A stretch of DNA of 62,899 nucleotides. Source: an uncultured Clostridium sp. (GTDB taxonomy: Bacteria; Bacillota; Clostridia; TANB77; CAG-508). Below, piece by piece: positions 41,055 to 49,960 of this stretch. The notes under the pieces are model-generated. The model saw nothing but the letters and a program-made list of their open reading frames with translations, had not been told where the DNA came from and ran no database searches. The number at the start of each line of letters is the position of its first letter. The stretch's first letter is position 1. The stretch lies in the NCBI GenBank assembly GCA_930991035.1, contig CAKNRV010000005.1:1-62899 (forward strand), in the 5' to 3' direction. The position numbers and the translations under genes were made by a program.

Positions 41055-41696
41055 CTATTTTTTATTTTCGTTGTTTTCGTCTTCTATTTCAATTTCTTTC
41101 TTTTTGGGTTCAATATTCTTCTTTTCTTCTTTTTTACTAGATTTCGCATTTTTTGAACCTTCTAGTTCTTTTATCTTATCACGTATTTTAGCTGCTTCTT
41201 CATAATTTTCAATTTTAATCGCTTTTTGTAATTCTTTTTGTAGTTTAGAAATTTCGCTTTCTTCTTTTTTTACAGTTTTAGCCACTTTATCATTTTTGTT
41301 TTCGCCAAAATCAGCTAATACTTTTTTGTATCCTCTTCCTGTATGTTTAGTTGCACCTTGTAAATTTTTTAGAATTGGTGTTATTCTATCTTCAAATAAA
41401 TCATAGCAATTACTGCAACCAAACTCGCCACTATTTAAGAACTCGTCAAAACTCTCTCCGCATGTTTTGCATTTTGTAACTTGTGTTCCCATAAAGCTTG
41501 GTAATAGTGTATCTGAATAATCGTTAAAGAAATCTCCTAAAAAGCTAGAAAAGCTAATTGGCATACTAAAATTTAAATCTTTTAGTCCTAATTCTCTTGC
41601 ACAATTATCACAAAGATTAAGCTCCTTTTTTACTCCGTTTATAACCTGAGTATATCTAAATGTTACCTCGTTTTTTCCACAATTTTGACACATCAT
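41055..41696 (-). CDS. mcsA: McsA activator (CxxC motifs plus UVR domain)
   Basis: CQNC, CDNC, CKTC, CSNC; ENYEEAAKIRD. Confidence 0.93.
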   Translation of the reverse strand: MMCQNCGKNEVTFRYTQVINGVKKELNLCDNCARELGLKDLNFSMPISFSSFLGDFFNDYSDTLLPSFMGTQVTKCKTCGESFDEFLNSGEFGCSNCYDLFEDRITPILKNLQGATKHTGRGYKKVLADFGENKNDKVAKTVKKEESEISKLQKELQKAIKIENYEEAAKIRDKIKELEGSKNAKSSKKEEKKNIEPKKKEIEIEDENNENKK

Positions 41697-41895
41697 AATA
41701 AAACCCTCCTATCTATATAAATGAATAGATTATTTTTTGATATCTTCATTTATCCTTATTTTATGTCAATAATTTTAATTTCATTTTTATTAAACATTCT
41801 AAAAAGTGTACCTTTTTATAGGTTACACTAAGTTTATGTTCATTATATGTCTATCTTTAGTTTATTTTCTTACTTTTTATCATTTGTGAACTTAT

Positions 41896-42351
41896 TTATA
41901 AGTCTTCAACCAAGTTGATTAGCATATTTTTTAAAATTTTTGCTCTTATTTCATCTTTTATATTTTGCGGTATTGTGAGTACATTGTCACTAGTTGCAAC
42001 TTTAAGTAGTTTAGCTTCTTTTTCGGTTACAACACCATAAGATAGAAAATTGCTTATAAACACATCTACTTCTTGAGCTGTTATTTTATCTCCAATACTT
42101 GAAATTATATGCATTAAATAATTGCTTTTTGTTGTATTTATTTTTCTAATGCTTATATGACCTCCACCACCTCTTTTGCTTTCTACATAATAGCCTTGTG
42201 AAGGTTTAAATCTAGTTGATATAACATAGTTAATTTGTGATGGCACACAGTTAAAATGCTCTGCTAAATCATTTCTTTGTATTTCTGCATAGCCGTCGTC
42301 ATCTTCAAGTAATTCTTTGATAAATTCTTCTATCATGTCTGACATTCTCAC
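41896..42351 (-). CDS. ctsR: Class III heat-shock repressor
   Basis: SDMIEEFIK, FNCVPSQINYVI and ESKRGGGG; probable GTG start at 42351. Confidence 0.96.
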   Translation of the reverse strand: MRMSDMIEEFIKELLEDDDGYAEIQRNDLAEHFNCVPSQINYVISTRFKPSQGYYVESKRGGGGHISIRKINTTKSNYLMHIISSIGDKITAQEVDVFISNFLSYGVVTEKEAKLLKVATSDNVLTIPQNIKDEIRAKILKNMLINLVEDL

Positions 42352-42493
42352 TATTCTCACTTCCTTTTTGTTTATATATCGTCTTTTGTACTTTAGAACA
42401 AATTTTATTAGATTAGTATCACTTAATATATGATTCTGTTCCATATAAATTGTTTTGTTTGCTTTATTTGTTCAGTCTTTTTGTTGTTTTTGT

Positions 42494-42553
42494 TTTGACT
42501 TTGACTTTCTTTGACCTACATATATATTATACTCGCTTTTTACAAAATGTCAA
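42494..42553 (-). promoter_or_regulatory. CtsR operator and sigmaA promoter
   Basis: Minus strand GGTCAAA-GAA-AGTCAAA-GTCAAA (42494-42516) downstream of TTGACA (42548-53). Confidence 0.88.
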
Positions 42554-42744
42554 TAGTTTTTTGGAAAAATTCCCTTATCTGATTATTCGTTATTACTGCT
42601 AAAATTTTAACCTTTTACGTTTTTTATAGACATATAATTATATTCTAATTAAATCGGAAAATAAATAAAAAGAGTTAAATAAAAAGTTAAATGAAATTCT
42701 GAATTTGGCTTGACTTTCTGATATATAATAGTTTATAATTAAAT

Positions 42745-42940
42745 TAATAAAACATTAGCGTCCGTTCTGAAAAGAACGTAATCATTAAAATCCGATAGCT
42801 CAAAAGGCTATCGTTTTTTAATGCATAAAATTTTACAATTTTCATATACTATTACTACATTAGTGTCCATAGCTTCTATGCTATGTTAGTCATTAATATA
42901 GGAGAAAATCTAAAACATTGATTTTCTCCATTTTATTAAC
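42745..42940 (+). ncRNA. Candidate tandem structured sRNA motif (two units)
   Basis: Promoter TTGACT-18 nt-TATAAT; two units of ACATTAGYGTC-hairpin-TCATTAA-hairpin with different stem sequences. Confidence 0.45.
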
Positions 42941-43098
42941 TTCAACGGTAAACAACAAACATAACAATTTTTTCTTATTTTTGCTATGTTTGTTTTGTGG
43001 CTTCATTCTTTTTTATTCGTTATTACTAGATTAAAATCTTAAAGTTTCCTTAATTAAATAAAATAATAATTTCTATACTTATTTTTTTAAAATTGAAC

Positions 43099-43407
43099 TT
43101 ACACTTTTTTAATTCCTTTAATCAAATCCTCCTCAAACAAATATCTAACACCATTTGTAAACTCTTTATATTGTATTATATCTATATTTATTTTCATACT
43201 TTGGTCTAAACTTCCTTCAATTAATACCTTACTGCCACGTTGATAAAATCTAAACATCTTATCTGCAATATCGTCATATCCATAAGCCTTTACTTCATTA
43301 CCGTCTAATAGCCTAAGCTTACATTCTGCAATAGATGTATACTTTTCTTTGTGTTCCCTATACCTATCATAAATAAACCTAAAGTCAATATTAGTTATTA
43401 TTTTTCC
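43099..43407 (-). pseudogene. 5'-truncated SSB-like (OB-fold) gene
   Basis: Open frame GKIITNIDFRFI..SIAECKL..AYGYDDIADKMFRFYQRGSKVLIEGSL with no upstream start codon. Confidence 0.6.
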
Positions 43408-43478
43408 ATTATTTTTTAGACAAGCATAACTTGTATCTATAAAGGTAGTACAAAATATGGTTCTAAGAAATTATTCAC
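43405..43478 (-). pseudogene. Reverse transcriptase remnant (DGR-like)
   Basis: VNNFLEPYFV-[1-nt gap]-TFIDTSYACLKNNG resembles the LEPxF..xFIxxSYAC.K.KG segment of DGR-type RTs. Confidence 0.65.
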
Positions 43479-43730
43479 TTTAGCATCATAATCATATATT
43501 ACATAAGCATATTTTGTTTCATTTAACTTTTCCACATATTTATCCAGTGCTATTACTGGAAATCCTACTTTACATATATTCATTTTATAACACGTACATT
43601 TTAAATCTACTTTTTTGTGCAATAAAACTGCATCTTCTCCTACCGCTACATAAAATGTACCTAATTTTACTAATACTATTTTTCCTTCTTCTTTTTTCTT
43701 TAATATTTCTAGCATTTTGCTGAAACTCAT
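43437..43730 (-). CDS. MutS domain I-like small protein (MSL-type DGR accessory), probably 3'-truncated
   Basis: IVLVKLGTFY.AVGEDAVLL...KVGFP..ALDKYVEKL resembles the MutS N-terminal domain; C-terminus runs into the RT remnant. Confidence 0.75.
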   Translation of the reverse strand: MSFSKMLEILKKKEEGKIVLVKLGTFYVAVGEDAVLLHKKVDLKCTCYKMNICKVGFPVIALDKYVEKLNETKYAYVIYDYDAKVNNFLEPYFVLPL

Positions 43731-43803
43731 TTTTACCACCTACCTATTTTATTTTGTGGCACCATTTACTTACAAATGCTAAAAAAGCTCTGAAACGCAG
43801 CAA

Positions 43804-43849
43804 TGGCGCCTTGCTCCTGTTGGTGCTTGGCGCCTTGCTCCTGTTGGTG
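43804..43849. repeat. 22-bp GC-rich direct repeat, two copies with 24-bp period
   Basis: TGGCGCCTTGCTCCTGTTGGTG at 43804 and 43828. Confidence 0.9.
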
Positions 43850-43913
43850 GAAAATTTTATCCTTGCGAAAATACAAAATATATTTTGTATTTTCGTAGTC
43901 TAAAATTTTCCAC
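43847..43913. repeat. Long inverted repeat / cruciform downstream of the putative VR
   Basis: GTGGAAAATTTTA/TAAAATTTTCCAC outer arms around a perfect 30-bp palindrome at 43866-43895. Confidence 0.85.
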
Positions 43914-44013
43914 TCCTCTAGCGTACTTCGTTCGCTAGATTTGTTCTGATTTTTCTATTCTTTCGAGAATGATATTATGTCAACTTGTTCTGTTTTTTCT
44001 TCAGCTTACAGAT

Positions 44014-44165
44014 CTACAAATATAAAGCCAACCTGAAACCAATGTTGTCACTGGCAGTAGACGGACGGCTGCTGTAACGAGAGGAAGCCGGACTGCGAGA
44101 ACCTGAACGGTTGTAACCGCCACCACGATCAACTCGAACGTTAGTGCCGTTCGCCTCCATTGTCC
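44014..44165 (-). other. Putative DGR variable region (VR)
   Basis: 44041-44160 is 67/120 G+C versus 18/60 in the adjoining 60 nt of the gene; 33 of 37 consecutive codons end in C/T, as expected for mutated AAY codons. Confidence 0.75.
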
Positions 44166-45489
44166 ATTCATATACATTTCCTCCTAAGTCATATATGTTT
44201 TTTACTGCATAATATCCAGTTTTAGTTGGCGCACTTTGATTATACCATCCTTTTCCACTTGAATCTCTTACAAACGATGTTTCGCTACAACTTTCTGTTG
44301 AATATGCTGGATCAATAAAGTTCATTACTGCATCCCACTGTATACCATATATTAATGTACTTGTTACTGTTGTATATCCATTTGCACTTGCAAATTTCTT
44401 TGATATCTCTACTGCTCCTCCTGTTTCATCATTCATACTATCACTATCACTCCAACCAACATAGTTATACACATATGCATCTTTTTTTACTACTACTGCA
44501 TCGCTTATTCCAGAAGAACTACTTCTATTTGCATTTGTTGTTCCTGCCTCATATCTTCCAACATAAAATCCATCATAGGTTTTAACACTACTTACCATAG
44601 CATCATATTCTGTTTTTTCGGTTGAATATCCGTTTGCAAAAGGTTCCGAACAATCAGATAATATTGAGGCTAAACTACCATTCTGATATCCTTCGTATCT
44701 TTGAAATTTGCTTTCGTCTTTTACTGGTATCCACACAAATTGGTTTCCATTCGAGTCTTGTATAACTACTCCATCGTCTGCATCATTTGCACTATCTTCT
44801 GCTATTTCAAATCCTCCAGGTATCCATACTGTGTCTCCACTTTCATCTTCTATTTGGGTTGTATTGTCAAATTTCTCTCCTTTTGAATTTTCTACTGTTT
44901 TTGAAGTTGTACTTACTGTTATACTATCTTCTCCCTTTATTCCTACCCCATTATACACTTCTACTTTTATTGTATATTGCGTTTCTGCTGTTAATCCTTC
45001 GAATTTATAACTTCCTGTATTATTTCTTCCTTTTTCTTCTCCATTTAAATAATAAACATATGGATTTTCACTTGCTAATCCACTTTCTGGATCGTTTGCG
45101 CTTACATTTATTTCTATACTATTTGATGTTATAGCTCCTTCTTGTATTGCTACCACTGGAGGGGTAATATCTTCTTCTGGCTCTTCTGTTCCTCCTCCAC
45201 TACTTCCTCCATTTAAATCAGCTATAAATTCATTCATATATGATACCAAATTTGCCCTTGCATTTGATTCATAGTCTGTACTATTTGCCGCCAAATCTCT
45301 TGCCTCCTCCGCCATATTTATTAAACCGTTATCTCCAAAGGCAAAATTGATTGTTATACTTGCTAATATTATTATGATAATAATTGTTATTACTAACGCG
45401 ATTAACGTTATTCCTGCATTTCTTTTTGTATTTGCTTGTGTATGTGCATTTTTGTTTACTTTGTTATTTATGATTTTATTCTTCCTCAT
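44014..45489 (-). CDS. Pilin-headed FN3 + C-type-lectin-fold (FGE-like) protein; probable DGR target
   Basis: G|ITLIALVITIII N-terminus; FN3-like YKFEGLTAETQYTIKVEV; C-terminal DLGGNVYEW...RGG...IGFRLALYL. Confidence 0.88.
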   Translation of the reverse strand: MRKNKIINNKVNKNAHTQANTKRNAGITLIALVITIIIIIILASITINFAFGDNGLINMAEEARDLAANSTDYESNARANLVSYMNEFIADLNGGSSGGGTEEPEEDITPPVVAIQEGAITSNSIEINVSANDPESGLASENPYVYYLNGEEKGRNNTGSYKFEGLTAETQYTIKVEVYNGVGIKGEDSITVSTTSKTVENSKGEKFDNTTQIEDESGDTVWIPGGFEIAEDSANDADDGVVIQDSNGNQFVWIPVKDESKFQRYEGYQNGSLASILSDCSEPFANGYSTEKTEYDAMVSSVKTYDGFYVGRYEAGTTNANRSSSSGISDAVVVKKDAYVYNYVGWSDSDSMNDETGGAVEISKKFASANGYTTVTSTLIYGIQWDAVMNFIDPAYSTESCSETSFVRDSSGKGWYNQSAPTKTGYYAVKNIYDLGGNVYEWTMEANGTNVRVDRGGGYNRSGSRSPASSRYSSRPSTASDNIGFRLALYL

Positions 45490-45492
45490 AAC

Positions 45493-45567
45493 CTATTTTT
45501 CTCTCCTTTCATTTGTTTTTCTTTGCTTTTTTAGCTTGTTATTTGTTTTTCTACGTTTCAGCTCCAT
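45493..45567 (-). CDS. Small basic peptide MELKRRKTNNKLKKQRKTNERREK
   Basis: AAGGAGGT RBS; stop 3 nt before the adhesin ATG. Confidence 0.4.
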   Translation of the reverse strand: MELKRRKTNNKLKKQRKTNERREK

Positions 45568-45867
45568 TTAATACCTCCTTTTGTTTCTTTACTAGAAAAA
45601 CTTTTTATTCTTTATTAGTAGTTATTATAGTTAGTAAGTCTAACTATATTTCTTCTTCTTTTATTTTTTACTATTTTTCTAGTTTTATTCATTTTGTTAT
45701 TTTTTGTTATTGTGTTTTTTTGTTATTTATATAACAAATTATATTAGTATAATATTTTTGCGTACCATTAGTACGTATTGATTGTATACTAACTGTTATG
45801 TTTTTTCAATAGGTTTTTCTAATATTTTTTATGCATATTTTATTTTCGCTTATATAAATTCTTTTAG

Positions 45868-45983
45868 CACGCAAAAAGGACAGACCATTTTGCAAAAGTT
45901 TTGTACAGATATTATTGCTATGCATAACTTGCATTATTTGCATAACTCTGTTTTCTACTTTTGCTAAACAGTCTATCCTTTTT
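45868..45983 (-). terminator. Conserved leader hairpin / putative attenuator (locus 2)
   Basis: Minus strand: outer stem AAAAAGGATAGAC/GTCTGTCCTTTTT, inner stem GCAAAAGT/ACTTTTGC, then GCGTG as at locus 1. Confidence 0.6.
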
Positions 45984-46172
45984 ATTTATTACTGAATTTG
46001 AATTTATTTCACTATATATTTTTTCTATTATGTCTTCCTTATAGTCTGCTTTTAAAGATGTATCTTTTTTTAATACATCCTTTAATAATTTATAATATAG
46101 GCTTTGTATATATAATGCTTGTGTGTGTGTGTGTGCAGTCTCAAGGCTTTCGCCGTTTCTTAAGTTGTTCAT
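45918..46172 (-). CDS. Microsatellite-containing leader peptide (84 aa, in frame)
   Basis: AAGGAG RBS and ATG at 46172; (CA)8 encodes AHTHTQ; stop lies in the hairpin loop. Confidence 0.7.
   Translation of the reverse strand: MNNLRNGESLETAHTHTQALYIQSLYYKLLKDVLKKDTSLKADYKEDIIEKIYSEINSNSVINKKDRLFSKSRKQSYANNASYA
46120..46135. repeat. (TG)8/(CA)8 microsatellite
   Basis: Directly visible. Confidence 0.95.
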
Positions 46173-46242
46173 TTTATTTTTCTCCTTTGCTCTGATTTTC
46201 GTCACTTGTTCCTACTTTTCTTTACTTTTCCATTGCATTTTT

Positions 46243-46272
46243 ATTTTACATTAAACTTTTTAATTTTGCAAT
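46243..46272 (-). promoter_or_regulatory. sigmaA-like promoter of leader 2
   Basis: Minus strand TTGCAA-17 nt-TAAAAT. Confidence 0.55.
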
Positions 46273-46617
46273 ACTATTTAGAAAAGATTTTTTTATAAAT
46301 TTTAGGGATAAGAATTTCTGTTCGCTATAATATATACTCGTCAAAGGAATTTAATTTTAAATTTTGTCTTCATAAATTTTATGTACTGGAAATTGATTAC
46401 CTTTTAAAATTTCTTTTAAGCAGTTTGGAACTATATTATATATCTATTTTGGTAAAACTTAAATTCTTTGTCCTTTTTTCTTTTTTTACCTATATGTTTT
46501 GGTAACTCAATTATAACAATCTCCATTGCATCTGTCAATATTGCTTTTTTTGTTCTTAGTTTCTATTTTAAAAATATTTTTTTGCCATAAAAAATTGGGG
46601 AAACTTCCCCACATTCT

Positions 46618-46830
46618 CTATTTCGTCATATTATTTATTTCTTTTGCCCTTTTCTTTTGTCTTTCTGGTGTAAGCCAAGCAAAATATGAAGAAACAAATT
46701 CTCCGTATTTTGTTACATCTTCTTCATTTTCATTTTTGTCTACATTTATCTTACCACTGCTACTTCCTACATTGTCCTGCTCTATTTCATTTTGCATAAT
46801 TTCATTATATTGTTTTTTATTTTTATCCAA
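46618..46830 (-). CDS. Small hypothetical protein
   Basis: AGGAGGTG RBS before a TTG start; followed by a short hairpin. Confidence 0.55.
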   Translation of the reverse strand: MDKNKKQYNEIMQNEIEQDNVGSSSGKINVDKNENEEDVTKYGEFVSSYFAWLTPERQKKRAKEINNMTK

Positions 46831-47120
46831 AAAATGCACCTCCTAAATTTTATTGCTGTTTTTTATAAAAGTGGCTTTTGAAACAAATTTAAGAACAGTG
46901 CCTATATAAAATATTAAAAGTCTTTTTCTTTGTTATCAAAAAGCAATCTATAAAAACAGAATTATTTTTAGTCTGTGCATTTTTTTCTTTTCTAATTCTA
47001 TTAATTTTGTTTATTCTTCTATTTATTATACTATTGCTTAGTATTTTTGCCTAATATCAATTTTTTCAAATTGAAAAAACATAAATATATAATACATAAT
47101 TATATCCATAAAGTTGATAC

Positions 47121-47987
47121 TTACTCTATGCTAACCGCTTCTGCTACGCCATCTTGGTTATTATCTGCTACTACTTTATCAGCTATTTCTTTTATATCTG
47201 GTGAGCTATTTTCCATTGCTACTCCCATACCAGCATTTTCTATCATTAGCTTATCATTTACATTATCTCCAATGGCCATAATTTCATTTTGCTCAATGTC
47301 TAATTTACCTGCAAGCCATTTAATTGCATTCCATTTATCTACACCTTCACTGGTTATTTCTGTGTAATAGTATTCCAATGATACTTCTTCTGTACCAGAT
47401 TTAATTATTTTTCTTGTCATACGTGCTACGTCTAATACATCTATATTCTTTATTTCTCTAAACTTTTTTATTATACTATTGAAAATGATACTACTTTTAT
47501 CACTTATTGTAAATTTTAAAATATTTTCATTTTTTAAATCTTTTACATAATCATAAATATTGCTAACCAAATTTATTTTTGTTTTTTTACTATCTGGTTT
47601 ATTTGCATTTTCTTGATGGTAGAACAATACATTGTTTTCAAGTGTTTTTGCTATTACCATATTTTCTGTATATACATTATAGTAAATGCTGTTTTGCTCA
47701 CAAATTTGTATTATTTGCAAAGCTTTCTTTATATCTATAAATTTATCGTATATTATTTCACTTTTTTGTAAATCATATATTAAAGAACCATTTCCGCAAA
47801 TTACATATTTGCAATCTCCAATATCATTTGCAAAATTTTTAACTGAATTGCTTGACCTGCCAGACGATAATACTATTTCTGTTCCATTTTCTTGTGCTTG
47901 TTTTAAAGCTGCTTTATTTTTTTCTGAAATTTGACCATAAGAATTTAATAATGTCCCATCTAAGTCTATTGCTATTAACTTGTACAT
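47121..47987 (-). CDS. Cof-type HAD-IIB hydrolase
   Basis: IAIDLDGTLL, SSGR and IGDNVND motifs. Confidence 0.95.
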   Translation of the reverse strand: MYKLIAIDLDGTLLNSYGQISEKNKAALKQAQENGTEIVLSSGRSSNSVKNFANDIGDCKYVICGNGSLIYDLQKSEIIYDKFIDIKKALQIIQICEQNSIYYNVYTENMVIAKTLENNVLFYHQENANKPDSKKTKINLVSNIYDYVKDLKNENILKFTISDKSSIIFNSIIKKFREIKNIDVLDVARMTRKIIKSGTEEVSLEYYYTEITSEGVDKWNAIKWLAGKLDIEQNEIMAIGDNVNDKLMIENAGMGVAMENSSPDIKEIADKVVADNNQDGVAEAVSIE

Positions 47988-48332
47988 AATTTATTTTGTA
48001 TGACTTATTTTTATCTTTGTAAATTAATTTTTGTTTTTAATTTTATGTTTATTTTATAATTATTAGAAATAAATTGCTTAAATGCTATTTTATATCTAAA
48101 TTAATTACATTTTTTAATAAACATATATAATACAAAGTATGTCATAAACTCCTTTCTTGATTTATTATTAATAGATTGGACATACATTATACCACTATAT
48201 TTTGTTTTTACAACATTTTCTCAAAAATTTCCAGTTTATTTTTAGAATTTTAGTGCATTCTATGTACTGTAAAGGTACTTAAATCTTTACTTAAAAAATT
48301 AAAAACTATCACATTCTAGGAGGTGAATGATA

Positions 48333-48533
48333 ATGGCATATTCAAACAGCAATACTAAAGTTGTTCCAGAAGCTAGAGAAGCTCTAGACAAATTCAAATA
48401 TGAGGTAGCTAGTGAAGTTGGTGTTAACTTAAAACAAGGATATAACGGAGATTTATCTTCAAGAGATGCAGGAAGAATAGGTGGACAAATGGTTAGAAAG
48501 TTAATTCAACAAGCTGAAAGCCAAATGAAATAG
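48333..48533 (+). CDS. alpha/beta-type small acid-soluble spore protein
   Basis: ALDKFKYEVASEVGV..SRDAGRIGGQMVRKLI; AGGAGGTG RBS. Confidence 0.95.
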   Translation: MAYSNSNTKVVPEAREALDKFKYEVASEVGVNLKQGYNGDLSSRDAGRIGGQMVRKLIQQAESQMK

Positions 48534-48684
48534 TTTTTGCGTAGGACTTTATATTAGCAATAAATATTAGTTTATTATTTAATTTATTTTTGTAAAATTA
48601 TTATTTAATTTGATTTTAAATTAAATTTATAATTAATTATACGTAAATTAATTAATATACTTATATATCTTGCTAAATCACGTA

Positions 48685-48727
48685 AAAAAGCAACCCTTTT
48701 AGATTAAGTTTTAAAAAGGTTGCTTTT
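48685..48727. terminator. Bidirectional terminator
   Basis: AAAAGCAACC..GGTTGCTTTT. Confidence 0.75.
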
Positions 48728-48733
48728 ATTTGC

Positions 48734-49264
48734 TTAAGCTTCTGGCTCAACTAGTCCAAAGTTCTTATTATCTTTTAGTCTATATATAACATTTGTTTTT
48801 CCTGTATCTACATCTATAAATGCTAAAAATCTGTTTTGTGGTTGTTCTTGTAATTTTAACTTTGCATCTTCTGGTGTCATTGGTTTTATATCATAGTATA
48901 AAACTTTTATAATTTCGTCAGTAACTTCAGTCTCATTTTGCATCATTTCATTTTTTACTCTAATTGATTCTGTCATATTTTGTTTATCTTTTTTAGTTTT
49001 CATTTTTCTAACTTGACCTTCTAATATGTCAATATCTTTATCAATTGATGCATACAAATCTTTATTAGCTGTAACAGCTCTAAAGTCTTCTGTATCTGCC
49101 TTGATATTCATTTCTGCAACTTTATCATTTCCCTCTGTTTTTATTGTTGCATAAACATCAAACTCTTTTCCAAAATATTTTACTAATCTTTCTGCCTTTT
49201 TTTCTATGTAGTCTTTGATTGCCTCTGTTGCTTCTAATTCTTTGCTTGTTATTTTTATATTCAT
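48734..49264 (-). CDS. hpf: Ribosome hibernation promoting factor (long HPF)
   Basis: MNIKITSK..TEAIKDYIEKK, DLYASID, KPMTPEDA, NVIYR; start at 49264 after GGAAGGAG. Confidence 0.92.
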   Translation of the reverse strand: MNIKITSKELEATEAIKDYIEKKAERLVKYFGKEFDVYATIKTEGNDKVAEMNIKADTEDFRAVTANKDLYASIDKDIDILEGQVRKMKTKKDKQNMTESIRVKNEMMQNETEVTDEIIKVLYYDIKPMTPEDAKLKLQEQPQNRFLAFIDVDTGKTNVIYRLKDNKNFGLVEPEA

Positions 49265-49362
49265 AACTATTCTCTCCTTCCAATTTTTAATGTTCTTTAG
49301 TTTGAATGTACGTATATTATATATTGTATTTATTAAATTTTCAAGTGTTGGAGAAAAAATTT

Positions 49363-49431
49363 TTGAACAATTGGGACACTCCTTTTTGTTCAAGTTTTTG
49401 AACGAAAAGGAGTGTCCCAAACGTTCAAGTT
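49363..49431. repeat. REP-like palindromic repeat, copy 2
   Basis: TTGAACAATTGGGACACTCCT..AGGAGTGTCCCAAACGTTCAA. Confidence 0.8.
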
Positions 49432-49435
49432 TCCG

Positions 49436-49490
49436 TGTCGAATTATGTCGAACGATTTTTCTTGCAAAATGTATACTTTTGTGGTTTAAT
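49436..49490 (+). promoter_or_regulatory. Tandem Spo0A boxes plus sigmaA-like promoter
   Basis: TGTCGAA-tta-TGTCGAA-cgatttttc-TTGCAA-17 nt-TTTAAT. Confidence 0.5.
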
Positions 49491-49667
49491 AGATATTGTA
49501 ATTGCATTATGCGTTTCTTGGTATCATAAACTTTATCATCCATAATAGTTTGATCCTATAATATTAAATATCTATATTCACCCCTATAATAATAGTATTA
49601 GTATAAAAAATGAGAAAGGAGTTTTATTTACGTACGCATAAGGGCAATTATATCTTACGAACATAAA

Positions 49668-49693
49668 GGCAACTAATATTTTTATTAGTTGCC
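49668..49693. terminator. Hairpin terminator
   Basis: GGCAACTAATA..TATTAGTTGCC. Confidence 0.7.
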
Positions 49694-49714
49694 AAATTTT
49701 TTCATTTGTATATT

Positions 49715-49960
49715 TCATTTCAATTCCTTTTTTATTGTATCTATTGCAAATGCACAAATTACGAAAAAAGCTGCAAAAAATAATGTTGATTTTAAAACAC
49801 TAGTACCTATGTAAAATAAATAAATGTTATGTACTGATTGATATATACAAAGTACAAATGCGCATAATAAAGATAGTACTAAGCAAAACTTAAGCCCACT
49901 GTAACATATTTTTAAAATAGATGGTTCTATTTTTTTGAAGTTTTCTATTATTAATTTCAT
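49715..49960 (-). CDS. Small two-TM hypothetical protein
   Basis: GAGG RBS, two hydrophobic segments. Confidence 0.6.
   Translation of the reverse strand: MKLIIENFKKIEPSILKICYSGLKFCLVLSLLCAFVLCIYQSVHNIYLFYIGTSVLKSTLFFAAFFVICAFAIDTIKKELK

Noticed and set aside
43804-43849. CRISPR array
   Set aside because: Only two units with a 2-nt gap, no spacers and no cas genes.
49265-49543. 93-aa N-terminal extension of HPF
   Set aside because: It reads through a REP-like repeat and promoter; the RBS supports the start at 49264.
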